Shown: in pieces, positions 36,401-51,100 of the stretch
Position numbering within the stretch: position 1 is the first letter of the stretch
Layout of the letters: the number at the start of each line of letters is the position of its first letter
Source: Daphnia carinata
Lineage: Eukaryota
Assembly (NCBI RefSeq): GCF_022539665.2
Contig: NC_081332.1
Span: 3,596,001-3,660,000 of the forward strand
Reading direction: 5' to 3'
Length of the DNA stretch: 64,000 nt
Made by a program: the position numbers and the translations under genes
The notes under the pieces: model-generated
The model's input: the letters and a program-made list of their open reading frames with translations, nothing else
Told to the model about the DNA's origin: nothing
The model's database searches: none

Positions 36401-39141
36401 TATGTCGTGTCGATAAGGCACTAGGAGCCGGGCAATTGCCGGTCTGCGTTTCTCCGGCGAAGGCGCTTTGAAGTAGGGTCGACAGTACGAGACGGGCAGC
36501 TTCCTTGTCGTCCGGCGAGCGAATATTCTTGATGTACACCTCGACGCACGTGTCATCGAGGCACGAAAGCGGATTAGACGTTGTAAACATCTCCAACCGC
36601 TGGGCGGCCAACGAGGCGGCTTGAACCAATTCCGTCAGAGTGGGCCGGTCGCCGACGGGCAACAAATCGCGGCAGAGCCACTGATGGAAGTGAAGTAGAA
36701 TCTGTTGGAGTAAAAGGTTCGTCAATCCGGCTGAGCAAAGGACCGAGGCCAGGTCGTTATCAGAAAATTCTTCTTCTTCCGAGCCGGGCAAGTAGAGTTC
36801 AATTCCGCGATTTCGCATGGCACGTGATATCTCGCCGTGACGCGGATCCATGGCTAAAAAGAGCCGGAAATCCGGATGAGGTTTGACGATGGGGATGTTG
36901 CCATCGATGACACCTCTTTCGCTCAGGGCTAAATGTCCGCCAGGTTCCAGCAATCCGTTCAGTCGATCCAGCACTGAGGAGCTGCATAAATTGACGTTAT
37001 CGACCAGCAGCCAATGTCCGTGACGTAGAGCTTTGACCAGCATGCTGTCTACCCATTCGAAACATCCTCCGCTGCTGCTCACGCCGACACCTCGGACGGC
37101 TTGCTGGACAACCTTGTCCAACTTTGATTTTATCTGCGCCGCGCTGGCCGACAGTTCATCGAAGTTGTCGTCCAAGAGTTGTTCCAGTACGTTCTCCAGC
37201 AGCTGTGCGCGTCGTTGCACGTGCTGGGCTTCATCGACGGTGGTGCGGACAACTTCTTGGCCGGCAATCGATAATTTCTTGTAAGATTCCCACGATTCGA
37301 GTAGCGAAACAACAGCCGGATTATTCACAGACTGTGCGAGCCGATGGCGGACAGCTTGACGGACGAGCCCATCCACATGCGCAGCCAATTCTTCCAGCGT
37401 GCGATTGACATCTCCCTATCAAACAGATAAGGCAGAACTTCATTAGCAACGGCTGGCAAACATTCTCAGCAAAACATGAATGTTTGAACAATGTCCCGGC
37501 TTTCTTAGTTAAAGCGAACGGTTGGGCCAATCAATACAACAAGGTCACAACAAGCAAAAGTCAATGAATAAAAGAAAAACAAACATATCCAGCGCCCTAA
37601 ATAAAATAAGAAACGCGAGACCGTAGATGTCAAGAGGTGATACGGCAATCAAGAATTGATGGACGAAAGGACATCAATTCTCGTCCAGCACATCAGAGAA
37701 AGAAGGAAAGTTAGGTCTCTCTATAAAGCAAAAACCCATCGAAAGGAGAATCACCGGCGCGTACAATCGCAGATAACGACCTCTATCTCGTCGAAAGAAA
37801 CAACAACAAAAGAGGCCAAAAAAAAAAAAAAGACAAACAAGCACACGGGCATCATCATCATCGTTTTTATATCCCAGCAAAAAAAAAAAAAAAAAAATAC
37901 CCACAATGAATAACTAATAAAAAAAAAAAAAAGAAGAGGAAAAAGTTAAAACAAGAAGCAAGAAGCTTCCTGCAGGCGGCTCAAGTAAGGGGTGGGTAAC
38001 ACACGAGCTAATCTATATTAACGAGTGTGTGCAGCAGCTGAAGAGATTTTCGGCCGTCTTCAGTCGGCGCTCGTCAACTGTGCCACTACACAGAAGAGGA
38101 TTATCATTTGATTAGAACGGCCAACATCTCTCCAGCTCGTAGACAACGCAAAATAATATTGTTTAAAAGTAGCACACGAAATAATGGAAAGATAAAAGAG
38201 AATTCGATCGTCTTTTTTCTTCTTTCTTTTTGCCTTATCAAAACATATGAGATAAAAGAGTATAGCCTTAAATCACGCAACAGGGGGAAGTGAAGGGGAA
38301 AAAAAAAAAAGAAATCTGGCGGCTCCGGATAGATCTAAAAAAAAACCCGCCATCCTTCAGAGAATCAAGTAGGAATTAAAAAAAAACATATTTTTCTGTT
38401 CTCTTTGTCTGAGGCATAAGGCGAGTGTGGCCAAAATAAGCTGGGGGGGGGGGGGGTATTGTCGCAAGTCTTCAATCTGATGGCTGGACATGGGCGGAGC
38501 CATGCCAGCGCTGTGACGTTGGCCATGGCGGATAGTATGACCAGGATTGATCCAGCTATGAGAGTTGCCTACTTAAAGAAGACACACAGACAAGAAGCTG
38601 CGAAAAAAAAAAAAGAAAAAATACGTAACACAAAAAATTGGATGTCGAAAGGTAAGATGCCTAGCCATGAAAAAAAAAAAAGAGAAAAATAATAAAATGA
38701 TGTTCATCATCTTCGTTATCATCACCGTGGCAACGTCTGTTGTGACATATAGCTCCGCAGTAACCCCCGGGAGTAAAGGAGGATACGATAAAAAGCCAAC
38801 CCGGGGTAACCGGAATCTAAAAGCTTTCAAGTCTTTTTCTCGACGGCACAAGGCCGGAGGAAGAGACAACAATCCGCATCTTATCCAGCAGATGGGTAAA
38901 AGAGTAGTGCGACAGTTCCCTAACGAAAAAAAAAGTATAGCCCCATTATTTGGGGACCGGAAGGAAAGACGAATTTCAATGAAAAACGCAAAGAAAAAAA
39001 AAAAAAAAAAAAAAAAGGGAGGGGACGCGTTAAAAATGGAAAAGTTAACGGGAAGATCCTGGAACGTGTTTCGAATAGATTTGCATTTTACCGCCCTGAC
39101 GTCGCAGTCCACGGGCGGGCCAATGCACCCAATAAACATAC

Positions 39142-39177
<36 letters not shown>

Positions 39178-42100
39178 ACATTGGCTGTCGGCGTGCGCGT
39201 GAACGAGAACGAAGAGAAGAAGGCGAACATGTGAAATCGATTAGCCAACTTCCATCTACTCGAAAAAAAAAAAAAAAAAATAAGCCATTGAAATAGATGA
39301 AATAGACCAATGGGGGAAATAAGGGTCCGTGGAGATGTGTGTGTAAGAAGAGTGCGCAGAGAGCAATAGCGGTAGGCGAATGTATATGGTACGTGAAGTG
39401 CAAAGAAGAACGGCTCCAACGAGCTCGAAAAATGGGCAACAATATCTCGGCAACGCGAAAAGATACAAACGCACACATCGAGAAAAGAGGGGAGGAGGAG
39501 GAGGAATATAACAAAGAAAATGATCTACGATGGCAGACGAGAGACATCGCCGATCCTTATAGCGCTCTGCCTAGTCGCAACTACTTTGAGCTACATCAAC
39601 GAAGGAAAAAAAAAAACACAAACAAAAAAATTTCCAAAAGATTGCGCGCCCGTAACATTGTCAAATTGGAGAGCGATAAATAAAAATAAAGACAGACAGC
39701 CAGGGCCCGTAGTTGGCAGTGCTGGAATGGCGCAAGAAAAAGCAATAGTTTCCCCGAGACTAAGAGCAATCTCGAAGAGTATTCAAAATTGCAATCGAAA
39801 TACATCAACACTGCTTGGCTACACATTCGAGATAGCGCTCTCTCTCTCCACCCCCCTTTTTTTTTTAAGGAGGAGACGTAAGCACATATAAATCCCTTTG
39901 CGGATCCTTCCGGCAGCGACTTGCCGCCTTTCTATTGTGTACATGTCATTAACAGCCAAATGCGAATTTTCTTTTCGTCAACATTTCATCTTTATATACT
40001 TTCAATTCTCTCTCTCTCTTTTTTTTTTAGCTTAAGCATCGTTGCCGCACACTGGATGGAAAGAAGAAAAAAAAAAAAGGGACGGAAGAGAAGCGAAAGA
40101 TGGGAGCGCGCGCGCCGAATAGCGATGGATGGATGGGTTCCGTCCATGAGGCACATGCGCCTGCAACCTACCAGATTCTTCTTTCTACAAACTCTGTGTA
40201 TGTGTTGCGTGTACGTGTAATGTTTTAGTATGTTGTGTGTTGTCGACAAACGACCCCAATCCGCCATCCAGAAACGATACGGCTCTCGATCCAGCCGCTC
40301 TACAAACTCCCCAGCGCCTCACTATCTGCCCCCCCCCCCCCAACTTGTGCGTTTGTGTGTTGTTTTGTTTTTTTACATTCACAGTCGGATTATCACCACA
40401 CCACCACCAACAGTGCAAACTCTTGCATAATTAAAACGACAAAAATTGGATAAAATGGACGACCCGAATTGCTGAGCTGGAAAGGTTTTTTTTTTCCATT
40501 TCGAAAGCTCTTCACGTTTTGGATATAAATTGCGACGCAAAGTGTCAGTTTTTTTTTTTTTTTTTTGTTCGAATAGTGAAGCCATACAATATTATCCGGC
40601 GCTGCGTTCGCACGCAACATGTTTCGTGACTAATTCGACCCATCCATCAAGGGGGATTCTTCTCTTTAATTACTCGCTCTGATTTAGTGTCTTACATCTC
40701 ATTTTTTGTTTTTTCTTTCTGTCGTTCACATAACGGTAAGCGGTAAGCAAGCTCTTGACACCTGATCTCACATTTGGCTGGGCCTTTTCATCACGCGTTT
40801 AATTACTGGAGCATAACAAGTGAACAATAAAGCTTAACAAGAAATTAAGGAGCGTAGATGCAAAGAAATCAACGCAGAAAAGAGCGAACTGAATTGAAAA
40901 AAAAAAAATAATAATAATAAATTCAAATTAGAAAATGATTATCGGGGCCAATTTGAGATTTGGTGGGGGTGGCGGAACAACCAACGGAACGAGAACGTTC
41001 AACTGTCCGGCAAGCAGTTCGACAGAGGCCAGCCTATTGTATCTCATCGCCATTCTGGGCGTTGTGACCAACGTGGTCGTTATGTTGCTCATTCTAGGAC
41101 GGGCGACGCTTAGAAGGTTATTCTTATTCTATTTCTTTTCTATTGACAAATTTTTTGTTTTCGTTCTGCTAACAAAAATATTTAAGGATACCTCTCGTCC
41201 ATCCGCCCATCAATTAAATTAAGAACGAAACCAAATTTAAAAAAAAGGGAGGCAAATACAAAAGAAGAATGAAATTAGATTGGTCGAGAAAACCTCCGCT
41301 TTCTCCAGGAAATAAAGAAGAAGAAGAAAAAAAAATGCGGCGGGGAATATACTAGTTCTTTATTGACTTATTAATGATGCTTTCTCCTCGGTCACTACAC
41401 AAGGACCATGTGGAAATAACTCGGGACTTTTTTTTCCCCTCCCAGAAATTCCTGCGATCGCATTTGATTCTGGTTGGCGTGGCAACTAGCGCTCAAAAAA
41501 AAAAAATGCCTTTTCACAAACGTCTTTGTTGGTATTCACATATCGTTTTGGATAACGTCTAGCAAGAAACTGAATTGCCTCCCCACCGAGTTCGGACATT
41601 GTCACACAATTCCCTTTAGTTCTCTGTCCGTTTAGGCCACCAAAAGAGAAAAACAAAAAACAAAAAATTCCTTAAGTTATAGGACTGCCATCGATCGATA
41701 CAAGCGAAAGAAAAAAAAACAAAAAAAAAACCTGTCTTTTAGTTGTAGCGACAAAACAATTGGAAAGATAACTCGGAAAAAAGAAAGAAACGAAAGTGAT
41801 CGATAGTGTCACTAGAAACCGGGCAACAGCCGTCATCCGCTATGACTGGTTGACCACTTACACCAGCGTGTCTCACCGCCCAACGAAAACACGATGACAA
41901 AACGGCCCCTCGGAAAAAATACATGTCCAGCAATAAAAAGCTCACAAACTGTCGCAATTCCAACCGCAATACTTTGTTAGCTACACGTGCCCGTTGACAT
42001 TCAATCAACGTAAAGAAAAAAAAAAAAAAAAATAAAATAGAATAGAAGGACATCATCGAACACAAAATAATTTTCACATGGTTAACAAATCCAAAAAGGA

Positions 42101-45100
42101 CTGCCGTCTGTAGCTCACGTGGATTACGCGCGTCAAGACGGCGGGCGACGCCCGTGACTTTAATAGGCCCGAATGGGTGCGCACTTTCCGAAAAGGCTCA
42201 ATGTCAACGCGTTTCTTCTCTGGCCGCATCATTTTTTATTCACGACTTAACGTGTCTTATTCCGCTCGTAAATCCACACGAAAAGCCACAACGACAAAGC
42301 TCCCACCGGAAAAAAAAAACTGCACCTCATTCCATATGCAGGGTCCTCACAAGGAAAACGTTGGACAAATCCCTTCTTCTTTTGCTTCGCTCAATTTTTT
42401 CTTTGAAAAAAAAAAAAAAGAGACCTAGAGCTACTTGAATACATTATAGGATAACAATTTGAATTAAGTATTAGCGTCCTGAATAACGCAGACCATTTCA
42501 GGCCGGTGGAAGCCGAAAAGAAAAATCAATCCAATCGCTAGACTACAATGGCGTAGTGCAACACAATAGCAAGACAAAGTGTAGCGGACGTACGGACGTC
42601 CAGGTTGTCAATAATAATCGTAAAAGAGGATGGTAGGCAAAAAAAAAAAAAAAAAAAAAACGAGAGAGAAAGTGATGAAAAGAAACATTGGAAAAGGGCG
42701 ACCCGTAGTCTTTTGAAAAAGTTACTTATCGGGACGAATCACGCGGGATTCCCTCACACCACCGGTGTGCAACAATACGAAACGAGACACAAAGAGATGC
42801 CTGCCTACCCTTTTTTTTTTTTTTTTGTTCGCCACTCACGACTTAAATACAATCAACTACGCAAATCAGAGATAATAAAAAAAGAAAAGAAAGGCCAAGC
42901 GCTAAAATGAACTGAAATGTATACGCAGCGAGTAATTGTTAACGCAATACGTTTCTCTTGTCGTGCGGGACAGATGGTCGCAGGGTTTGATATTCCACCA
43001 GGCGGCGGTGGATTGCACGAGAGCGACGATGCTGTTACCGCTGGCCTTGAGCCATCATTTTTGCCGGCCCGTCGCCCAGTGTTCCATCTTCGAGACCGTC
43101 TTCCTACTGCTGGCCACCGTGTCGGCCGTCAACCTTCTGACCACCGTTCTCAACGACACGCCGCTCATGCCCGACGACGACGGTATCGACATCGACTGGC
43201 TCGTCAACTCGCCCGACACGTCCCACTGGCTTCAAGACGATGTCGACGACGACCAGGAAAACCCCACCAAGGTAAGAAACTCTTCCACCATCTTCTATTT
43301 TCCAGCTTTCTTTTAGTTCTATATATATAATTTCTTTATCCATCTCAGTTTCGTTGTAACTGCCAATTTCTTTTTTTTTTTTCCTTTGCTTCTACCGAGA
43401 GTGGCTTGAAAGGCTTTCGCCATTCAGTCTATCAGAGTCGATCGCCCTTGATGGCTCCATAGGGTCGTTGATTACCCCCCCCTCCCACGTCCGAAAGCAG
43501 CAAATGCCTTGAGAAAACATTGGCCGTGTCAAAAGAAAAAAAAAAGGGAACGCAGAGCCTTGTGTTCGCTGCCGCCCAACTAACAACGGGATCGATAGAC
43601 AATGGCCCGAAAACTCTTGCGAGAGCTATATAGCGAAAAAAAAAAGAAGAAAAAAACCAATGCCAACGGCAAATAAATAAAAGGCTTCCACATTTCTTCT
43701 TATCTCTGGCCCGGTTTTTTCCTCGTTCACTTCTGACTTTTTGTTTCTTTTTGATTTGCCTTTATCCGCGGCTGTCGATAGATGAAGACACGACAACAAC
43801 TGCCAATGTGTACGTTTCGATAAAAGCGTGGGACCGAAGGCGCCAGACTGGAACTAGCGCGCAACTCATTGATGGACCAATCTATTCTTTCTTCGCTCAA
43901 GATGCACAACCATCTTCTTCTTATGCATGTTAAATGTCTCGAGGGCAGGGCAGCAATCACAAGAGAATCTTAGGGGCCAATAATTAGCCCCCGTGATAAC
44001 AGTTTTTCCTTTTTGATTGACTCGATTACACAGCATCCGGTGGCGGCCGACGGCGGATTCAGCGCCAACGTAGGCGCCAGACTCCTGGACGCTCCGCATT
44101 GCGTCCTCTTCGGCATCACCATGATATGGTTCGCAGCCATCACCGTCAATCTCGGGCCGACCTTCATCACGGGCGCGTTGGCCAACCACGTCGAAACGAC
44201 GCCGCTCCACCCGGCCTGCCCGCTCATCCAGACGCCCTATCGCCACTACATCGTCAATTTGTTGTGGGTCGTCGTCAATTCACTCTGTCTCGTCCTCACC
44301 GTCACCCATCTCTACCGGCTCCATCGCGACCTCATACGGTCACGAAAACAGGCCGTCCGCGTCACCGGGTATCGTCTCAGTTCTTTACTTTCCTTATTTC
44401 CCGCACTGTTATTACTATGACAAGTGCGTAACGTTTCTTTGACAACGGTCCAGAAAGAATTTTTTATTTTTTTGTTTTTTGTTTTAAAGAAAAAAAAAAA
44501 AAAAAAAATGATGCAAATGACTGTAGAAGAGCGGACGTGATATCATTCAAATGAGTTGGCGCATCTTGAAAAAAAAGCCCTCCGCATATGGTCAATCAAT
44601 TTTCAAGACAGCACAAACTGCCATCTCTCGAATTCTTTCTGCAGATTTAATCGTTGCGAATCGTCAACAACTTAAAACAAAAAATGATTTCCCTTTAACT
44701 TGGCGCAATGCCAATTGCCCTTCTTCTTAAACATTTTTCTTTTTTATGCAATACGAAAAAAAAAATATATATATATAAAAATGCTGGATACAATGGTGGG
44801 GGATTGAAACAACAACAACAATCGACAGAGTTGTGGCGACAGTGGCCAGCCCGGCAGTGGCGGGCAATGCAGACGACGATAGCAACTTTCACAAACTGCT
44901 GAGGCGGCTAGAGTGCGAGGGTTTGCAGCGCATCCGCATGTTCACCACCATCTGCATTGTTTACGCTCTATTCTGGGGGCCGCTCTTTTTGGTCGTGGCA
45001 TTTGGAAGCCGGGCCAGCGAAGAAGGACGAGGCCTGGCCTCTGTAGGCCCGCCCAAAGACCCCGCCTCCCACCAGGTCACGCTCTACATCTGTTTCGCTC

Positions 45101-48100
45101 ACGCCTTCGTCAACCCGACCGTCTTCCTCCTACTGCACTCGGGTCTCAGAGAGGCGGCCTGCTCCGTCCTGGCCTGCTGTTTCGGCCGCGAATGCCGGAG
45201 CGGACATCATTCGCCCGACCCTTCCAGCCACTACGGCGATGGTATGGCGGGATCGTTTGACCATCGCAGCCATCGTTTGCAGCCGCAACGACGGCCTCCG
45301 GCCACGCTAACGGGGCTCGTTGATTACGATCGAATTATGAATTTCAACGGAGGGCCGAGTTTCCTATCGCCGGTGCACACGTTCTCGCCCACCTTGACCG
45401 CACCGTCTTCTTCAACAGCGGCGGATTCTCGGCCAATGTGAGTCGTCGTGAGTGAATTTTACTTATTTACATACCCGAGACGAATTTCGGTTTAAAAGAA
45501 AAATAAAGTTTTAAAAAAAAAAAAGAGGAAAAAGGATTTAGAAATGCTGAGCGAGAGCAAGCAAACGATCGATAGAGTCAAGACTGCCACCAAAGCCGCC
45601 GCAGGAACCCCGGCGTTTTTTGCCATCTTGAATTTATACATATACAAAATAATAATAAAAGAAAATAAAAAAAAATATGCCTAAATAGAGAGGAGAGCGG
45701 GCCCCATTGCGGCAAAGACGAGAGCCGTGTCGCCCGTCAAGACATTTGATGTAAAAAAAAAAGCTATTCTATATACGAAAAGTTTGAATCATCGAACTGT
45801 AAAACGGGCAAACTCGATTCTTGAAAAATTGCTCAAACATATATTTACACAGATGCATGCACGCATGCAAGACGCTGACGTCTATATGGTTTGTGTGCTT
45901 GCCCATTTATCGTGCCCAACGGTGAAAGTCAATACTTGGAATGAGGCCTCTCCGCTGAGAGTTGAAGACCGTACAACGCGCCGCAGAAAAGGGAAAACTT
46001 GACAATCCGACATTCGAACTTATTACGAAATTAAATTTGATAAGAGAAAAGCGGAAAAAAAGGTGGCGCCTCGATTCTTGATCAACTCAAATTAGACAAA
46101 AATAAATCCTTCTTCCTCTCTTTCTGCTTCCCAATTTCTTGTGTTAAAAATGGCTATTCTACCTGTGTTTATGTCGTGTGTAGGGAAACGGTCATTTGAC
46201 AGTCAAGATGAAGCGACCGTGGAAAACAACATCATCTTCGTTTTACGAAATAAAAGAACAAAAAAAAAAAAAAATGATCTTCAAAAACAGAATATGTGCT
46301 GCGAGAGGCCGGCCCAAGTGTGTTCCTTTTGACTTTCTTCTTTCGATATTTCTTTCCCTTCATCGTATTTTAAGATCTTTATGCCATGTACGCCAAAACG
46401 GGGAGAAAAACAGAGGGCAAACTAGGTCTTAAAAAAAAAGGCAGTGACGGTCTGACGGACCGTTTTTTTTGTTTCTCCCCCGATGCGAGCAAAGATCCTG
46501 GCATGTTTGTCTTTATTTAGTGATACATAGATATCGGAGCCAAGAGCAGTGCTAAGGGCCAAAAGCAAATCATCCAGAAAGCCTTTCCAATTTGTAAAAA
46601 AAAAAAATGAAAAAAAAATGGGGGGTTACGAAAGAGATTCAATTCCTGCGCAACACAGTAGCCTCTCTATCTCTCTCTCTCTCTCTCTTTTTCGCTATCT
46701 CTCTCTCTCTACGTAGCTGCCTTCCTAGTCCTCACAATTTCGTATAACGGCTGCGCACTCATCCGACAGTAACCAACAAAGAAAAGGAACCATTTTGATT
46801 CCGAGAAAATGCAATCTTACTTGTTCAAAGCCTCCTAAAAGTTCGGTTGTATCCATCGCCGAGTTGGTATTCAGGACGTCGAGGGGATGGCCAGTCAGCT
46901 GGGCTACCAAACGCACCAGGCTCGTTTTCCCACTAGCCCTCGGGCCAACCTAGTTAGAATATTTCATTGAAACTGTTACTTCAGCTGTCAAGATCGATAT
47001 AATTTCAGGATAACTTAAATTTAATAAAAAAAAAAAAAACAGTTAAAAAAAATGTAGCATAGGCCATGTCAACAAATGAACCTTTCCATTCTGTTAACAC
47101 ATAATCCATAATTAGATATGTGCTTATTCGAGCTTTTTCGATGTAATTTAAACAGCCAAACCTGTTGAGAGCATTGTGTGGGGTATAACTTTTTAATTAC
47201 TTTTCTCTGCTGATGATTCCCGAAACTTGTAAAACTCAAAACTAATACATTTAAATGCTCCAACGTATTCAAATGCTACCTCTTCTATTACTACACAGCG
47301 ATTACATGTCTTGGCACTTACCATGATCGTCATCCAATTGAGAGCGATGCAATGCATCAATGACTCGAGGGGTCTCAAGTTTCTTTGAAGAATCAACAGT
47401 TCCTGGCAACCGATTAAGTCACCGCTGTGGCCCCCTCGAGCTAAAACGGCACTTCCAACTTGGATCCAACTTTCGGTGAGGTACACGTGAAGGTCCTGAC
47501 CGCGAGGGATCGGAAATTCGCTTCCAAAAATGCGCTCGTACATGTGCATCATTGTTTCACGGTCTTGAAGACTCCGCATCCGGTCGGCATAGATCAAACC
47601 AACAAACTGGCCCGGATTGGTCGATCGGTTCGCTTGAATCGCTTCGCACCAGCGGAAAACATCGCGCAAATTAAATTCCCACGGACCACCTCGCAAACCC
47701 CATTGGCCCGATTGAGTCACTTCTTTGACAAGTTGTTCGTTGAAATCGACCATTTTAACGATGACGACCGGATCGATTTGCGGATAAACAGCGCGGGCAA
47801 TAAATTGGAGATCTTCTTCCGATAGCGGATCGACGTAGACTTGGGTGAATCGATTGAGAAACGATCTGGGGAGGCCTTTACGAGCTCCCCCTTGTTTTAG
47901 CGGATTTTGGCAAGCAAACAATTTAGTCATCTGCGGTCGGACGTGAAAGCTACGACCCAACTCGGGAATGTAAAGTTCTCCGCGATGATCTAGAACTGCA
48001 TTCAAGCCTTCGAGGACGGATTGTGATGCCAAATTGAGTTCGTCTAGTACGATCCATTGACCTTCTTTAAGGGCACGCAATAGCGGTCCGTCTCTCCATT

Positions 48101-51100
48101 CAAATCTGCCGCCCGTTTCAGATCCTTCGACAGGCAAGTCGGCTCCAAAGAGATCAGATACATCCGTCTGTTCAGACAAGTTGATACGCACAAGTTCGTG
48201 TCCAGTGGCCTCAGCCAGGGCGGCCACCAAGCTCGTCTTTCCAACTCCAGGACTACCTTCAAGTAGGAGTGGTTTCTTTAGTTGCAAAGCTCTCAGAAGA
48301 CGGATTAGGTTTGCCGATGTGCTAGGCGCTTGAAATGTGAATGAGCTTCGACTCGGCGATTTAAATCCGATTTCAATGAAAAATGGATCGATGCCAAACA
48401 GTCCTTGATCAAGTTTCACGATAGACCCCGAAACAGAGCGGCCCATCAAAGCCGCAATGTTTACTTGGCTGCTAAAAGGTGCTGCCAGACGTCGGATGGC
48501 TTCTTCCACGACGGCCCGGTTCCCGAGGGAGTCGAGGAACACGAGACAAGCTCCGTGAACGTAAGCTGCGGCCGGATCGAGTTGGACAGCGTTGATAAAT
48601 TGAACCCACGATAGAATATCGCGGATGCTGACAGTAGACTTCCTGCCCGTCTCCGATTTGGAGAACCACTCGACAAAGTCGACAATGCAAATGGCGATGC
48701 TTAAATTCTTGCCGCCTTCTGTTGTGATCCATTTCCGAGTCAGATTGTGATCGGCGATGTCAATAATGTCCTGCCTGTCCCTTGACATTGGGCACCAAAT
48801 TTCAGTCAAGCGATTTCGAAGTGCAGGCGACAACTCTTTCTTGCCGTAGTCCCCACCGGGGTTCATCGTGCCCAGGAAACGGAATCGATCAGCAGCTTTG
48901 ATCACTTCAGGCTCGCCGGATCCTGCCTTCTCCGACAACAAAAGGCTGCGTTCCGGCTCCAGGACAGAGTTGAGACGCTCCAGCACGCTGTCGTCGGCCA
49001 GCGATATTTCATCGGCCAAAAAGTAATGGCCACCAACGAGGGAGAGCACCAGCGGTCCGTCAACCCACTCGAAGAGACGATCTACGGCCCCGCTTTCCGA
49101 CTGTTGGTCTTGGAGGTTACGGACGGGTCTTAATCCTCCGAGAAAATCCGATCCTTCGCTGTACTGATGGCAATTTATCGTCATTAGTTGACAGCTCTTT
49201 TGTGCCGCAAGGTATTGGCACACGCTCGTCTTACCGCATCCAGTGTCACCTACCAAAAGGACGGGTTCGACAAACCGGAGCGATTGCGCTACCAGGACAG
49301 CTAAGCGCCTTAACGCATACGTCCAGACTAGGTGATCAAATCCTTCCAGACACTGGAGCGATTCCAAGATGGGTCGCGTAACTGGTGAAGTTTTGTCTGA
49401 CAACGTGAAGAGATGTTGCGGATCCACCGTTCTTTTGAAATGTTTGCCCAACACTTCGCGGATGACGAGCGCTTCTTCTTCTTTGCGCACACGTCCGGCC
49501 AGCACTAAATAGCCTTCATCGGCTAAATGCTGATCCCAATCATAAAACGTTGCCGAACGGTCTGTGGTTGCCAAACGGTAACGCTCGGCCCATCTAAACA
49601 GGTCGCGCAACGTCATAAAGCCTTGTTTTCCGGCAAAAGCGGCGCTTCCTCTTCGGCGGAGCTGCAATTCGCCCATGACGGCCACGCAGCGCTTGCAGTA
49701 CGAGGGCGGCATGTCGCATCGACGATGCAAGATGGTCTCCAGCTCTTGAGGAGGAATATCGTTGAAGTGCAACTCGACGAAACGGTTGCGGAAGGCACGT
49801 GACAGCAGCTTCCGGCCGCCATAATTGCCACCGGGAGGATTTTGTGTCGCAAATAATAAGAAGCGCGGGTGGGCTTTAACCGTTTCTTGCGTTTCGGCGA
49901 TGAAAAGCTCACGGTTGTCGTCCAGCAGGCGGTTAAGGGCTTCCAATACTTCGCTGGGAGCCAGGTTCAGCTCATCGAGTATGAGCCAATAACCTTGGCG
50001 CATAGCATCGACCAAAACGCCCTCGCGGAAAATCAATTTCCCCGTTGTGGGATCGGCCGTGTACGAGCCAACGTACTCTTGGAGGTCGGTGTGTTCGTGA
50101 TTATTAACGCGAACGCATTTGTTTCCTGTTAGCTGGGCCAAATATCCGATTAGAGAAGTTTTGCCGACCGAAGTTTCACCCTGTAGGAGAACGGGCAGGC
50201 GGCCGAGCGATACGACTCGCACCAAATCTTTCAGGTTCAGGCGGACAGAATCCGTCAGAATGTAGTTCTTGGGCTCGTTGGGCTCCAGGTCGCCTTTGGG
50301 TATCCAATAGCCTTCGACTTGAATGGATTCCGTTTGGCCATTCCACAAAGCTTTGGGTTGAATGAGGGTCTGGCCCATGACCGACTTCAAGTTCTTATTG
50401 CCGACAACGTGCCGGACAACCAGTTTCTCGACGATGGGGTGAGACGATCGGTCCAGCTGCGTCAAGAAGCTCAAACAAAAGGCTTCATAAAGGGAACGGG
50501 CCACGGTTGCACAGGGATTTGAAGCGGCCACGACCAGGGCCCGGCACAGCGTACGAAGACTGAAATGTGGCTGGCGGCCAGTTCCATCTGCAAGACTACG
50601 TAACGCCTCCCCACGGATTTCGGTATAAAAGCGAACGATCCCTTCGATCTACCAAAGCGATACTTAATTAAATTGAAGTAGTTATTACAATCACTTTGAC
50701 CAGATGTTTACCTGAACGGCTGTCAGATTCAATTCCCTTAAGTAGTCACCGATCAGTGTTGCCAGGTCATGTGGGCTAGTGATCTCATCAACGATAAACT
50801 CGGTAAAGCGAGAGCGGAGTCCAGTCGGCAATCGCTTCTTGCCGACGTCCGTCGCCGGGTTCATGGCGGCAAAAAGGCGGAAGCCCGGGTTGCGCTTCAC
50901 AGGCTCCCGATCGCCTCGTTCCAGCAAGAACAGTGATCCTTGATGACTTTCTAGCAGACCAGAGAGACATTCCAGCGTCTCAGCAGTGGCCAAATTGATT
51001 TCGTCGAGTAAAACCCAGTCGCCTGTAGCGTTAACAAGTCATTAGAATGTCATTATTTAAGGTAAATTTATAATTGGGTTACCTTGTTTTAGTGCTTTGA

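Noticed and set aside
38573..39547. 324 aa and overlapping 209 aa ORFs in the MDN1 intron
   Set aside because: Poly-Phe/poly-Lys tracts arising from A/T homopolymers; no domain.
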